A stretch of DNA of 32,000 nt from Bacillus subtilis subsp. subtilis str. 168 (GCF_000009045.1 NC_000964.3:2250001-2282000); one strand, 5' to 3'. Counted from the stretch's first letter, positions 10,333-20,406 are shown. Numbers and translations: made by a program. The notes: generated by a model from the letters alone, not told the origin.

Positions 10333-12267
10333 ATGGCTGGTTTTTATAGATATGATCAAAATTTAGATAAATATGTTCCGATGCCTGTTGAACTACTAGC
10401 TTCAGAAGGAGAAGAATACACCGCTCCTAAGATTACTCAGAAGTTTAATGAAGTAGAAACGAAAACAACAGAAATTTTAAACAAGGTATTAACTGATGAC
10501 AGATATTTTACAGTAACAAGTTCTTTTAAACAGGATGCCACACTTGGTATTGAGTACTATGTTACAAAGGTTACTCCTAAAACAACCGAAGCTAAAAAAA
10601 GTATGGTGCAAAAAACGTTTGCATATGACTTTGAAAAATCCATTGATCCCACATCTTCTTATTTTGGTACAACAAATCGTGAAACAGTTTTAAGTATGGC
10701 AAAACGAAAAAGATCTGTTGTTGCAATAAACGCTAGTGGTTGGCGATCAAATGGTGAAGTCATGGGGCTTCAAATTAAAGACGGAGTTCTCTACAAAGAT
10801 TATGACGCTGCTGGATACACAGGCGCTGAGGCTTGTGTATTTTTTGATGATGGAACTATGAAGGTTTACGGAAACAGAGAAGTTGATGCCGACATCCTAA
10901 TTTCTAAAGGCGCACGAAACTCTTTTGCTTTTGGCATTTGGCTAGTTAAAGATTCTAAGCCAAGAACGGCTCAAATGACTACATGGGCAGATTTAAATGT
11001 TAAGCATCCTCGACAAGCCATTGGGCAAAGATCTGATGGTACACTAGTTATCATTACTGTAGATGGCCGCTCACTTCGATCCAGTGGTATTACAGCTTAT
11101 GATATGCCATCTTTATTTTTATCTGAAGGCTGTATTAATGCATTTCTTTTAGATGGTGGTGGAAGCTCTCAAACTGCTGTTGAAGGAAAATATATTAATA
11201 ACATTAGTGATGGCATTGAACGTGCAGTGGTCGATACCTTAACAATTTCATATCCTGATGACGATACAGATAGCAGATTTTTTGAAGTTCAAGAAGGAAG
11301 AGGTTTGGCAACAAGTCTAAACAGACGTGTAGAGTTTATTGAATCCAAGCCTACTTGGAATGTATTAGATTTAGGCTTCTCACCAGATGGCTTAATCGAT
11401 AATACAGCTAAGTTTAAAAAAGCCCTTAGTGATTTATCTGAAAAAGGTGGAGGGAAACTACATTTTCCGAAAGGTACATATTTAATCGGTAAGCAGAATA
11501 CAACTAGCGCTAGTGAAAAAATTGAACTCCCTTCAAATGTCTCAATTGTTGGTGAAAGACGATCCTACACTAAACTCCTTCGAAATCCAAATCACTCACT
11601 TGATGAATTGTTGCGAATCACAGATCACAATTATATAGAAGGCATTGAAATTGATGGCAATAGCAGTGTAAATAAGAGTAGCTGCCGATTGATCGCAGGT
11701 GGAAATATAAAATCATTTAAAATGAAAGACTGCAGCTTGGTTAATGCTACAGACCGAGGAGTGAGTATTCACGGGATCGGCAAGTCTATAACGATTGAAG
11801 GAATGTATATTTCCAATATAGCCAACGAGTGCATCAACGTTGCTGAAGGAGAAATTATTAAACTAATTGACTCTGAGATCACATTTAGCGGTACTGCCCT
11901 TTGGGTGGGTAATGCTGCAAATATCTTCACTAAGAATAACCTCGCAAAATCCTTAAAAACCTTCGTCCGGTACAAAAACTCTCAAAATGCAATTTGTTCA
12001 GGAAACATTATCACTAATAATATTGATCGCGCAATTTGGGGATCTGTAAGAGAAGCTGTTTTCTCTGATAATGTTTTCAAGCAATGCCACTCTGATTATC
12101 ACCTTTACTTTATTCAAGAAGACACTGGAACAAACGATTTAATTGTAACTGGAAACTCAGTTTATAGTGATGTTGAAGGAACAGCTTTCATTAGAACTCC
12201 ATCAGATATAGACAGAAGACGAGTGTCGGGTAACGTAGGTAATATACCTAGCTTGAACTTGGATTAA
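10333..12267 (+). CDS. yomE: Phosphodiester glycosidase (NAGPA-like) domain fused to a right-handed beta-helix/pectate-lyase-like domain, YomE-like
   Basis: GGAGGAAAG RBS. N-half motifs (VVAINASGWRSNGEVMGLQIKDGVLY, AFLLDGGGSSQTAVEGKYINNISDG...ERAVVDTL) fit phosphodiester glycosidases. C-half (DLGFSPDGLIDNTAKFKKAL...GGGKLHFPKGTYLI) fits the beta-helix entry motif. Confidence 0.8.
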   Translation: MAGFYRYDQNLDKYVPMPVELLASEGEEYTAPKITQKFNEVETKTTEILNKVLTDDRYFTVTSSFKQDATLGIEYYVTKVTPKTTEAKKSMVQKTFAYDFEKSIDPTSSYFGTTNRETVLSMAKRKRSVVAINASGWRSNGEVMGLQIKDGVLYKDYDAAGYTGAEACVFFDDGTMKVYGNREVDADILISKGARNSFAFGIWLVKDSKPRTAQMTTWADLNVKHPRQAIGQRSDGTLVIITVDGRSLRSSGITAYDMPSLFLSEGCINAFLLDGGGSSQTAVEGKYINNISDGIERAVVDTLTISYPDDDTDSRFFEVQEGRGLATSLNRRVEFIESKPTWNVLDLGFSPDGLIDNTAKFKKALSDLSEKGGGKLHFPKGTYLIGKQNTTSASEKIELPSNVSIVGERRSYTKLLRNPNHSLDELLRITDHNYIEGIEIDGNSSVNKSSCRLIAGGNIKSFKMKDCSLVNATDRGVSIHGIGKSITIEGMYISNIANECINVAEGEIIKLIDSEITFSGTALWVGNAANIFTKNNLAKSLKTFVRYKNSQNAICSGNIITNNIDRAIWGSVREAVFSDNVFKQCHSDYHLYFIQEDTGTNDLIVTGNSVYSDVEGTAFIRTPSDIDRRRVSGNVGNIPSLNLD

Positions 12268-12372
12268 GAATAAAGGAACAATAAAGGTGGTGGTTACGTT
12301 CTAGATAAAATATAGATTTTATTCAAAATACATACTTGAAAAACAGAGATAACAAGAGCATACGTGAGATAA

Positions 12373-12409
12373 AGAGAGATTGGGTTTAGTCCCCTTCTCT
12401 CTTTTTTGT
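12373..12409 (+). terminator. Rho-independent terminator
   Basis: AAAGAGAGATTGGG-TTTAG-TCCCCTTCTCTCTTTTTT hairpin with U-tract. Confidence 0.75.
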
Positions 12410-12436
12410 GCTCAAATTTAATTATTAGGTGGATAG

Positions 12437-13469
12437 ATGGCAAGAAAGATATCAGATTATCATTTAAAAAAACGTGAAGAAACTCAAAAGAAATTTATTG
12501 ATTTATTAGCTCAGAATAACTACATTCACATTTCTGGAGACATGGTAAATTCGAAAACAAAGGTGAAAGTCAGATGTCGACATAATCACACATGGCAAGT
12601 AAACTACGAACACTTTAAAAAAGGTACTCGTTGTCCAGAATGCAGGATAATTGAAGGCTCCCTTAAAAAAAGGCTTAACATAAGTACTGTGAAAAGTAGA
12701 TATGCCCTTAAAGGCTATGAGATTTTAAGCACCTATAAAAACTGTCATTCTAAACTAAAAGCTAAGTGCCCTGAAGGACATATATGGGAGCACCTTCCCA
12801 GCAACTTCTTTAAAGGTGAAGAGTGTTTTCAATGTAAAGGTGCTAAAAAATACACTGTTGAATGTGCACAAGCAGCTTTTTCTGATCGTGGGTTTATCCC
12901 TTTATTCGATACATACCATCACAATAAAGAAAATCTCCCTTTTCTATGCAAGGAACATATAGACTTAGGAGTTCAATACGCTCCACTTCATAACATGGTA
13001 AGAGGTTTAGCAAACTGCAGAAAGTGTTATTTACTTCTTTTCACAGGCGAAAATAGCTCTAGATGGAAAGGCGGTATTTCTTCGTTAAATAAAACTTTAA
13101 GAGAAGCTGTTTATGAAGTTTGGACGAAGCCCTCATTAGAGAAATATTCATTTAAATGTGCAATAACAAACTCTACAAAAGACCTTCATGTGCACCACTA
13201 TAAAAAGAATTTTAGCGAGATTGTTAAAGAAGCACTGAGCAATTTAAGTTTTGAACTCTAAAATTGGCGACTTTACTGTCAATGAGCTTGAGCAAATTAA
13301 AAATGAATGTGTAAGACTTCATTTAAATTATGGACTCGGAATCCCTCTAACTAAGAAAATCCACAATCTTTTCCATGAAATTTATGGAACATCCAACAAT
13401 AATGAGATTCAATTCAACGAGTTTCGAAATCGCTATGAAAATGGTGAATTCGAGGCTCTTTTTAATTAG
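12437..13469 (+). pseudogene. Zn-ribbon repeat / HNH (free-standing homing-type) endonuclease, apparently frameshifted at about 13249-13252
   Basis: ORF 12437-13261 carries Cys/His ribbons (CRHNHTWQVNYEHFKKGTRCPEC; CPEGHIWEHLPSNFFKGEECFQC) and HVHHYKKNF. The rest of the HNH fold (NYGLGIPLTKKIHNLFHEIYG) is in the +1 frame, ORF 13251-13469. Confidence 0.75.
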
Positions 13470-13488
13470 AAATTAAGGAGATGTTTTT

Positions 13489-14592
13489 ATGTCAGTTTTC
13501 ACTAATAGCTACATTCCAGTCAATAAGTATACTAGACCAGGTTTGAAATTACAGGGTGTGAAAAAATGCGTCCTACACTATACAGCCAATCCGGGTGCAG
13601 GTGCAGACAATCATCGAAGATACTTCAGTAATGCACAAGTTTATGCATCAGCTCACATTTTCGTAGATAAGGCTGAAGCAATTTGTATCATTCCATTAAA
13701 TGAAGTAGCTTACCATGCAAATGATATTCAGCAAAGAGATAGTGCCGGAAATCCTTATCGAGGAGTTGCTGCGCTGAAACCTAACGCTAACTTTCTTTCT
13801 ATTGGAGTTGAAATGTGCCTTGAAAAAGACGGTTCATTCCATTCAGATACAGTTGAAAGAACTGAGGATGTGTTCGTTGAATTATGTAATAAGTTTGGTT
13901 TAGATCCTATTGATGATATTGTTCGTCATTATGACATCACCCATAAGAATTGCCCTGCACCATGGGTATCTAACAGCCAAAAATTTGTAGACTTTAAAAA
14001 TCGAGTAAAGGCAAAAATGTCAGGCAAATCTGTTTCAAAAGCTTCTCCAACTAAACCAACAACCTCCTCCCCTTCCTCTTCATCAGCAGTAAGTGGTTCA
14101 CTAAAATCAAAAGTTGACGGACTTCGCTTCTATTCAAAACCATCTTGGGAAGATAAAGATGTTGTCGGCACAGTAAATAAAGGCATCGGATTTCCTACAG
14201 TTGTAGAGAAAGTTAAAGTTGGATCTGCCTATCAATACAAAGTTAAGAACTCAAAAGGCACTACATATTACATCACTGCTTCTGACAAATATGTTGATGT
14301 TACAGGATCAGTTAAAACCTCTTCCTCTGCCCCAAAAACAACATCAACTTCTTCAAGTTCCTCATCTATTAAATCCGTAGGAAAAATCAAAATTGTCGGT
14401 GTATCAAGCGCTGCAATCGTAATGGACAAGCCTGATCGAAATAGTTCTAAAAATATTGGCACAGTTAAGCTTGGAAGCACTATTTCAATTTCTGGTTCAG
14501 TTAAAGGTAAAAACAATTCCAATGGCTACTGGGAAGTTATTTATAAAGGTAAACGTGGATATATCTCGGGACAGTTTGGATCAACAATCTAA
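13489..14592 (+). CDS. blyA: N-acetylmuramoyl-L-alanine amidase (phage endolysin) with C-terminal SH3b-type repeats
   Basis: Amidase_2 signatures (CVLHYTANPGAGADNHRRYF...ISHI-like AHIFVDK...VRHYDITHKNCPAPW), Ser/Thr linkers and two SH3b-like C-terminal segments; AAGGAG RBS. Confidence 0.93.
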   Translation: MSVFTNSYIPVNKYTRPGLKLQGVKKCVLHYTANPGAGADNHRRYFSNAQVYASAHIFVDKAEAICIIPLNEVAYHANDIQQRDSAGNPYRGVAALKPNANFLSIGVEMCLEKDGSFHSDTVERTEDVFVELCNKFGLDPIDDIVRHYDITHKNCPAPWVSNSQKFVDFKNRVKAKMSGKSVSKASPTKPTTSSPSSSSAVSGSLKSKVDGLRFYSKPSWEDKDVVGTVNKGIGFPTVVEKVKVGSAYQYKVKNSKGTTYYITASDKYVDVTGSVKTSSSAPKTTSTSSSSSSIKSVGKIKIVGVSSAAIVMDKPDRNSSKNIGTVKLGSTISISGSVKGKNNSNGYWEVIYKGKRGYISGQFGSTI

Positions 14593-14679
14593 TTATATTC
14601 AATTTTCTCGGAGGATGTTTATTGATCAATATGTTTCAGTAAATATCCTTTTCTATGGTACTAAGGTGGTGAACATTTT

Positions 14680-14892
14680 ATGGAAATGGATATAACACAA
14701 TATTTAAGTACCCAGGGGCCATTTGCTGTTTTATTTTGTTGGCTACTTTTCTACGTAATGAAAACTAGTAAGGAAAGAGAGTCGAAACTTTATAATCAAA
14801 TCGATTCTCAAAACGAAGTACTGGGTAAATTCAGTGAAAAGTACGATGTTGTAATTGAAAAGCTAGATAAAATCGAACAAAATTTTAAGTAG
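14680..14892 (+). CDS. bhlA: Holin-like protein BhlA
   Basis: 70 aa with N-terminal TM (GPFAVLFCWLLFYVM) and charged C-terminus, directly downstream of the amidase. Confidence 0.9.
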   Translation: MEMDITQYLSTQGPFAVLFCWLLFYVMKTSKERESKLYNQIDSQNEVLGKFSEKYDVVIEKLDKIEQNFK

Positions 14893-14902
14893 GAGGAATT
14901 CA

Positions 14903-15169
14903 ATGTTTGAGAATATTGATAAAGGCACAATTGTTAGGACTCTTTTGCTCGCAATAGCTTTACTCAATCAAATAATGGTGATGCTGGGTAAAGCAGCATT
15001 CATCATTAACGAAGAGGACATAAATCATTTATATGATTGTTTATATACAATTTTCACTATCGTCTTCACAACCAGTACTACTACCGCAGCATGGTTCAAA
15101 AACAATTACATAACTGCAAAAGGAAAAAAACAAAAACAAGTTCTAAAAAAAGAGAACTTGTTTAAATAG
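14903..15169 (+). CDS. bhlB: Holin BhlB
   Basis: 88 aa, two predicted TM segments, AGGAGG RBS, immediately after bhlA. Confidence 0.9.
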   Translation: MFENIDKGTIVRTLLLAIALLNQIMVMLGKAAFIINEEDINHLYDCLYTIFTIVFTTSTTTAAWFKNNYITAKGKKQKQVLKKENLFK

Positions 15170-15188
15170 CTTTTTTCGGATTACCTGT

Positions 15189-15224
15189 GTAACCCTCCCT
15201 CTTACAAGGCGGGTTACTTCTTAT
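15189..15224 (+). terminator. Terminator-like hairpin between convergent bhlB and bdbB
   Basis: GTAACCC...GGGTTAC stem. Confidence 0.5.
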
Positions 15225-15671
15225 TCAATTATATACATGTTGATTTTGTTTTAATTTCTTGCTTTTGATAATTAATTTCAGTCCTATACCAAATATCAAT
15301 GCAAAACATACTGAACTCATTAAGGGTAATGTAATAAAGCCTAGATACTCTACTTCAATTTTTGCGCAGCTGTTGGTTCCAATTTCACATACGACACTTT
15401 TGCTTTGTGTAAGTTGGATAATATAATGATAAAACGCAATAATCAATCCAATTGATGAAAGGAAAACAACATAAAATATCGAATTAAGATCTTTTTTTAA
15501 TAAGCCTATTAGTAAGATAATAGGTATAGGATATAGAAATATTCTTTGATACCAACATAGAACACATGGTTTGAAATGCATGATCTCACTGTAGAATAAA
15601 CTAGCCATTGTGCCAAAGAAAGAGAGAAAAAACAGTAATAAAAAAAATGATTTTACATATCTTGTATTCAT
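15225..15671 (-). CDS. bdbB: DsbB-like thiol-disulfide oxidoreductase
   Basis: 148 aa, several TMs, CVLCWYQR motif and a second Cys pair (CEIGTNSC). Confidence 0.93.
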
Positions 15672-16936
15672 ACTTCAATTCCTTTCAGGACGTGTTCAAT
15701 ATTGTGGAGTGAGTTGGCAAGATATTGTTTAATTTCTTTTTTCATATTATCATTTTTAATTTCCCCTGATATTTCTTTTACTCTTTCCCAATTTTCGAGT
15801 TGAATATTAAGGCTTATTAAAATTCTTTTAAAGTGATCTTTTGTTGTATTTATAGCACTGTATCTCTCGTCTGTAAGAGCTTCATCAATCATATTGCTTA
15901 AAGAAGTAAGTTTATTTTGCATATCTACTAACAAAATTGCAGATCTAAAGTAATCAACATCAACACATCTTGGATATTCAGTTTCCAATATATCCAAATA
16001 TAAAGTTAAGTCAACATAATTATTTCTCTGCAATAATAAAGTACATAATAGCACTAAAGCATCTATAAAATGTCTTTGATCATTAAATTTTTTATAGTTG
16101 TTTATTGATTTTTTCAGATAATCAATTGCTTCTTCATCTTTATCAAGTAAATGTAGTTCTCTGCCGAAAAAGAATAACCATTTTGGGTTTTCGGGCTCCA
16201 ATCTTAACATTTCTTCTGTGAGATTTATATTCCTTCGTGTTTTTGATTTTATATTATTCTCTGAAGGATTATATCCATTATGGTAAACCTTAAGGTTCAC
16301 AATGAAATTAAAAGGTAGACTATGATTATAATTCATAGGTTCTTCATGCACTTTCCCATGAAATTTAACTTTACCATTGAGCCGAAACATTCTTCGTGTA
16401 TCAGAATATAGATGTCCAGTATATTCTTCTATATATGGACTAACTACACAATCAATAGAAAAAAACTCTAAAACTCTAGCTACTTTAGCTATTTTCCCTT
16501 TGTTTTCTTTAGAGTATAAATTATCTGCATCAATAAAATAAATCCATTCGGAAGTAGCATACTCTATAATTTTATTTCTAGCATAGGAAAAATCATTCTT
16601 CCACTTTTCATATTTAATTTCAACATCAGGAAAATCACATTTAATAATATCAACGGTATCATCAGTGGAGTATGAATCTAGAACAATAATCTCGTTAAAA
16701 TCATCTTTAACACTATTTAAACACTTTTTAATTCTCTTGCTTTCGTTATAAACTATAATACCGCATGTTATTGTAGGAGTATCTGATTTTTCATAACCTG
16801 CAACCAAAGATTGAATTGACATCACATCAATATCTTTTTCATATTCCATTATATTAACCAACAATGACAAATCTGAATACAATAAAGAATCGGCATAGCC
16901 TTTCTTTAATTCCAAATAAATATCACTCAGTTTCAT
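15668..16936 (-). CDS. sunS: GT2-family S-glycosyltransferase of the sublancin pathway
   Basis: GT-A signatures ([40 protein letters not shown]), TPR-like C-terminus, locus context. Confidence 0.93.
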
Positions 16937-17349
16937 TATCTATCACCATTTTTATCAAAGAACTTTTCTATTTGGCTTGCACTTCTATAGCCCTCTAACC
17001 GATCTTTTTCTTTGCCATCTTTGTAATAGAGAATCGTTGGAGTTTTATTCAAATTATATTTATCTAAAAATTCAGTGTTATAATTTTCCTTTTCTTCAAT
17101 ATTTAAAGCCTGTACTTTTAACTTTTCTTTTTTAATTACTTCATTTAACTCAGGTTTTATTTCTTGACAAGGAGGACAACTTGTCTCATAAACATAAATA
17201 AATTTAGGTTTTTTAGAGTCTACTTCTTTTTGATATTGAGTTAAATTTATATCATTATAAAAAGGTTTTTCGCTACCTGTAGAAACATAAACGAAAATAC
17301 TAATGGCTGCTGCTATTAAAACAAGAAATAAAACAATCCACTTTTTCAT
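16936..17349 (-). CDS. bdbA: Thioredoxin-like thiol-disulfide oxidoreductase
   Basis: N-terminal membrane anchor and CPPC active site (VYETSCPPCQEIKPEL). Confidence 0.93.
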   Translation of the reverse strand: MKKWIVLFLVLIAAAISIFVYVSTGSEKPFYNDINLTQYQKEVDSKKPKFIYVYETSCPPCQEIKPELNEVIKKEKLKVQALNIEEKENYNTEFLDKYNLNKTPTILYYKDGKEKDRLEGYRSASQIEKFFDKNGDR

Positions 17350-19463
17350 ATAGAATACTCCTTATTTTCCGAGTAGCTCGACTCTATAATCCTATTGTTT
17401 CTGAATACTAATTTTTTATTGTATTTGAAGTTACTTGGGTCATTATGAGTTATAAGAATAATTAAACAATCCATCCTGTGTAAGGTTTCATAAATCAATT
17501 TTGTGTTATCCGGATCAATGTTAGATAATGACTCATCTAAAATTAATACTTGTGGTTGATGTAAAATTGCTCTTGCTAATGCTAACCGTTGTTTTTGTCC
17601 TGTAGATAGATTGGAACCGTTTTCAGACAATTTATAACTGTACTGCTTGTCCAAGTTACAAATGAATTCATGGCATTGGGACATTATACACGCGTTTTCA
17701 ATTTCGTTCTGATCAAAAATCTCTCCCATGCAAAGATTCTCTTTAATGGTTCCCTTAAAAAGAAAAGGATTTTCGTCAATATATACAATCCTTTTTCTTA
17801 TTGATAAATGATCGTATCGATTAATATCTAATCCATTTAAATAAATTGACTTATCGGGTACTTTATACAATTTAGACAAACTTTTTGCAAACGTACTTTT
17901 TCCAGTACCACTTTCTCCAATAATAAGGACTTTATCCTTTCTGTCTAATATTAAATTAATATCTTCAACTATATAACGCATTGGGTCTGCCCCAATATTA
18001 AGATTAACTGTTTTGATATTCTGAATAAAATCAAGTTCAGTTAAATTCTCATTGCTATCTTGCTGAACTGGATAGTTTACTACGTCAAAAAATCTTATGG
18101 AAGCAACATGTGCCTGCTGAAGATCTGATTGCATACTCAATATACGATCTAGTGAACTTAGCAAAAAGGCTGCTAATGTGTTTATAAATAGCAGTGTACC
18201 CAAACTCATTGAATCATTTAGAACTTGTCTTGTCCCAACCCATAGGATAATTATTGTAAAAGAGTTTTGAATTAATCCTTTTAGTATTTCATTGCTAATA
18301 ACTGCCTTTGCTACACTAAAGGTTGAATTTAATTGTTTATCATATGTAAGATGAAATTTTTCTAAAAAAAACGAGGTTTTATTTAAAGAATAAACAGTTG
18401 TCATATTCTTCAGAAAATTAATTAAAAGAGAGGTAGATTTAGCCTTATCCTCCATCAGTTTTTGATTTTTCTTTTTAAGATGATCAAAAAACAAAATCGC
18501 TAGACATGAAAGTAGCAAAATCGGGAGAATAATTGTTAAGAAAAGAATGTTATTTGTTCTATATAAAATAACTCCTAATCCCAGTATTAAAATTATATCA
18601 ATTATTGCAGTAACAAAGTTAGCACTAAAAAAGTCTTTAATATATATACCATCATTGAATCGAGAAATTACCTCTCCATCTTCTCTGTTTTCAAAAAAAT
18701 TAATAGGTAATTTTGTTACTTTATTAAAATAAACATTTGACATCTCTTTATCAACTTTGTAAGACAATTTTATTATCAAATATGATCTTACAAAATCGAA
18801 GATGCACCTTATTAAGACCATACTTATGAATATTAAAGTGATTGTGATTAAAGATTCTCTTAAGCTTCTTGGGATAATTAGGTCAACTAGAAACTTTATA
18901 TAAAACGACCCAGCTACAGCAAGACCCACAACGAACAAGGAAGTCAATAAAATCACAAAAACGATCAATTTATTTCTAAAAAGTATGTCCTTAAAAAAGT
19001 AAGAATGTTTTTTTTGATCTTTTTCTTTTTCAGGAATTGACTCTTTGTCAATTTCTAATATAAAGTTTGTGAATTTACTTTCAAAATCCTCTTTTTTTAT
19101 TTTAGTTATTTTGTCTTTATCAGGATCACTAACAAGTAAATAGTTATTTCTAATTTCGTATATTGTTATGTAATGTCCATATTCCTCCCCTTCTAACAAA
19201 GCTATACAAGGGAGCTTTATTTGTTTTAGGGCTTCGAATGTCTTATTTTCTTGCAATTCAAGTGGCCTAGTTTTTATCCCCATCTTCTTAAAAATAACAA
19301 TTAAGTCTCTTAAACTATAGCCTTCCTTATCCCCAATTAGGTCTAGTAAGAAATCAATTCCATAGTTAAGGTTATGAAACTTTAAAATTGACGAGATACA
19401 AGCTAGTCCACAATCATGACTATTAAACTGTTTAGTATGAACATATTTCTTTTTCTTATTCAA
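17346..19463 (-). CDS. sunT: Peptidase-containing ABC transporter for sublancin export and leader cleavage
   Basis: C39 motif (FNSHDCGLACISSILKFHN), TM domain, Walker A (GESGTGKSTFAKSL), signature LSTGQKQRLALARA and Walker B (VLILDE). The track starts at TTG 19469; TTG 19463 is an alternative start (705 aa). Confidence 0.93.
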   Translation of the reverse strand: MNKKKKYVHTKQFNSHDCGLACISSILKFHNLNYGIDFLLDLIGDKEGYSLRDLIVIFKKMGIKTRPLELQENKTFEALKQIKLPCIALLEGEEYGHYITIYEIRNNYLLVSDPDKDKITKIKKEDFESKFTNFILEIDKESIPEKEKDQKKHSYFFKDILFRNKLIVFVILLTSLFVVGLAVAGSFYIKFLVDLIIPRSLRESLITITLIFISMVLIRCIFDFVRSYLIIKLSYKVDKEMSNVYFNKVTKLPINFFENREDGEVISRFNDGIYIKDFFSANFVTAIIDIILILGLGVILYRTNNILFLTIILPILLLSCLAILFFDHLKKKNQKLMEDKAKSTSLLINFLKNMTTVYSLNKTSFFLEKFHLTYDKQLNSTFSVAKAVISNEILKGLIQNSFTIIILWVGTRQVLNDSMSLGTLLFINTLAAFLLSSLDRILSMQSDLQQAHVASIRFFDVVNYPVQQDSNENLTELDFIQNIKTVNLNIGADPMRYIVEDINLILDRKDKVLIIGESGTGKSTFAKSLSKLYKVPDKSIYLNGLDINRYDHLSIRKRIVYIDENPFLFKGTIKENLCMGEIFDQNEIENACIMSQCHEFICNLDKQYSYKLSENGSNLSTGQKQRLALARAILHQPQVLILDESLSNIDPDNTKLIYETLHRMDCLIILITHNDPSNFKYNKKLVFRNNRIIESSYSENKEYSI

Positions 19464-19485
19464 TTTCAATCCCCGCTTTAAATAT

Positions 19486-19510
19486 GAGGGAATATTTAAA
19501 ATATTCCCTC
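19486..19510 (-). promoter_or_regulatory. Perfect hairpin in the sunA-sunT intergenic region
   Basis: GAGGGAATAT-TTAAA-ATATTCCCTC, 10-bp perfect stem, no following U-tract on the minus strand. Confidence 0.6.
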
Positions 19511-19520
19511 TACAAATGTT

Positions 19521-19691
19521 TTATCTGCAGAATTGACGATAGTTTTGACAAGCAACAGCTCCGCCACCACAACCAATTGTACCGCCACTAGCACATTGTA
19601 GCCACAACGCAGCACACTGAGCTTTTCCTAATCCACTACCTTTTTGGTTTTCGAGTTCCTCTAGTTTAACTTCTTTAAATAGCTTTTCCAT
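19521..19691 (-). CDS. sunA: Sublancin 168 (S-linked glycocin) precursor, 56 aa
   Basis: [20 protein letters not shown]|[36 protein letters not shown] type precursor with five Cys in the core. ATG 19691 has GGGGAGG upstream, unlike the 65-aa track start. Confidence 0.96.
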
Positions 19692-19945
19692 TTGTAAAAC
19701 CTCCCCATTTGTTTGCAATCCGGATTACATTTTTTAATATAAAGGAAGATAAATCTAAATTCAACCATATTTTTTATTTTTTTTTGAAAATTATAAGGAA
19801 ACTTGTTCATAAATCATAGAAAAAAAACTTTATTACCTATCAATAAACAGAATTGGTTGTAATACACTAAATAAAATTGACTATTATGGATTTATTTTGA
19901 ATTAATAATGATAAAAATTTAGGTAAATTTTTAATAATTATAGAT

Positions 19946-19984
19946 ACAAAAAAGTACCTTCTATTGTAAGAAGGTACTTTTTTA
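19946..19984. terminator. Bidirectional terminator between sunI and sunA
   Basis: AAAAAAGTACCTTCT-...-AAGAAGGTACTTTTTT hairpin flanked by A and T tracts. Confidence 0.8.
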
Positions 19985-19987
19985 TGT

Positions 19988-20344
19988 TCAAACACTAACC
20001 CTTTTATACTTTTGAATAAATTGTTGAGCTCCATTTAAAAAAACTAGAAAACGCTTATTTGTAGTTTCAATAACAATTCTATCTGGTTGAGCATATGGCA
20101 TACCAATTTTATAATCGATATTATCTGCAACTCCATACTTGTCTGACTCTTTAATACTAACTATTTGATTAATTGGAATTTCTGTTTTAGATAAACCAAA
20201 TTTTAAGACTAAGCATTTTTCATCAAAACTATAACGTGTATTTAGGAAAACAGTAAAAATAAAGAAAAGTGCTAATAAAATGATTATCATAACTACATAT
20301 TCCATATAATCACTCTTTCTTATGTTTTTATATAATTTTACCAT
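19988..20344 (-). CDS. sunI: Sublancin immunity protein SunI (YolF), membrane-anchored bacterial PH-like
   Basis: 118 aa with a hydrophobic segment and PH-like C-terminus, directly upstream of sunA. An internal ATG at 20305 has a better RBS, so the start is uncertain. Confidence 0.85.
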
Positions 20345-20406
20345 GTTTTTTAAGTTTTTAAAACAAAAAAACTTTAAGCGATGTGTTATATAAGTTTAAA
20401 TTTATC

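Noticed and set aside
14268-14522. Minus-strand ORF inside blyA
   Set aside because: Antisense to the SH3b region; acidic/hydrophobic low-complexity product without RBS.
14456-14695. 79-aa plus-strand ORF bridging blyA and bhlA
   Set aside because: Mostly out of frame within blyA; the GGAGG at about 14610 leads only to a very short frame, and bhlA has its own RBS and start at 14680.
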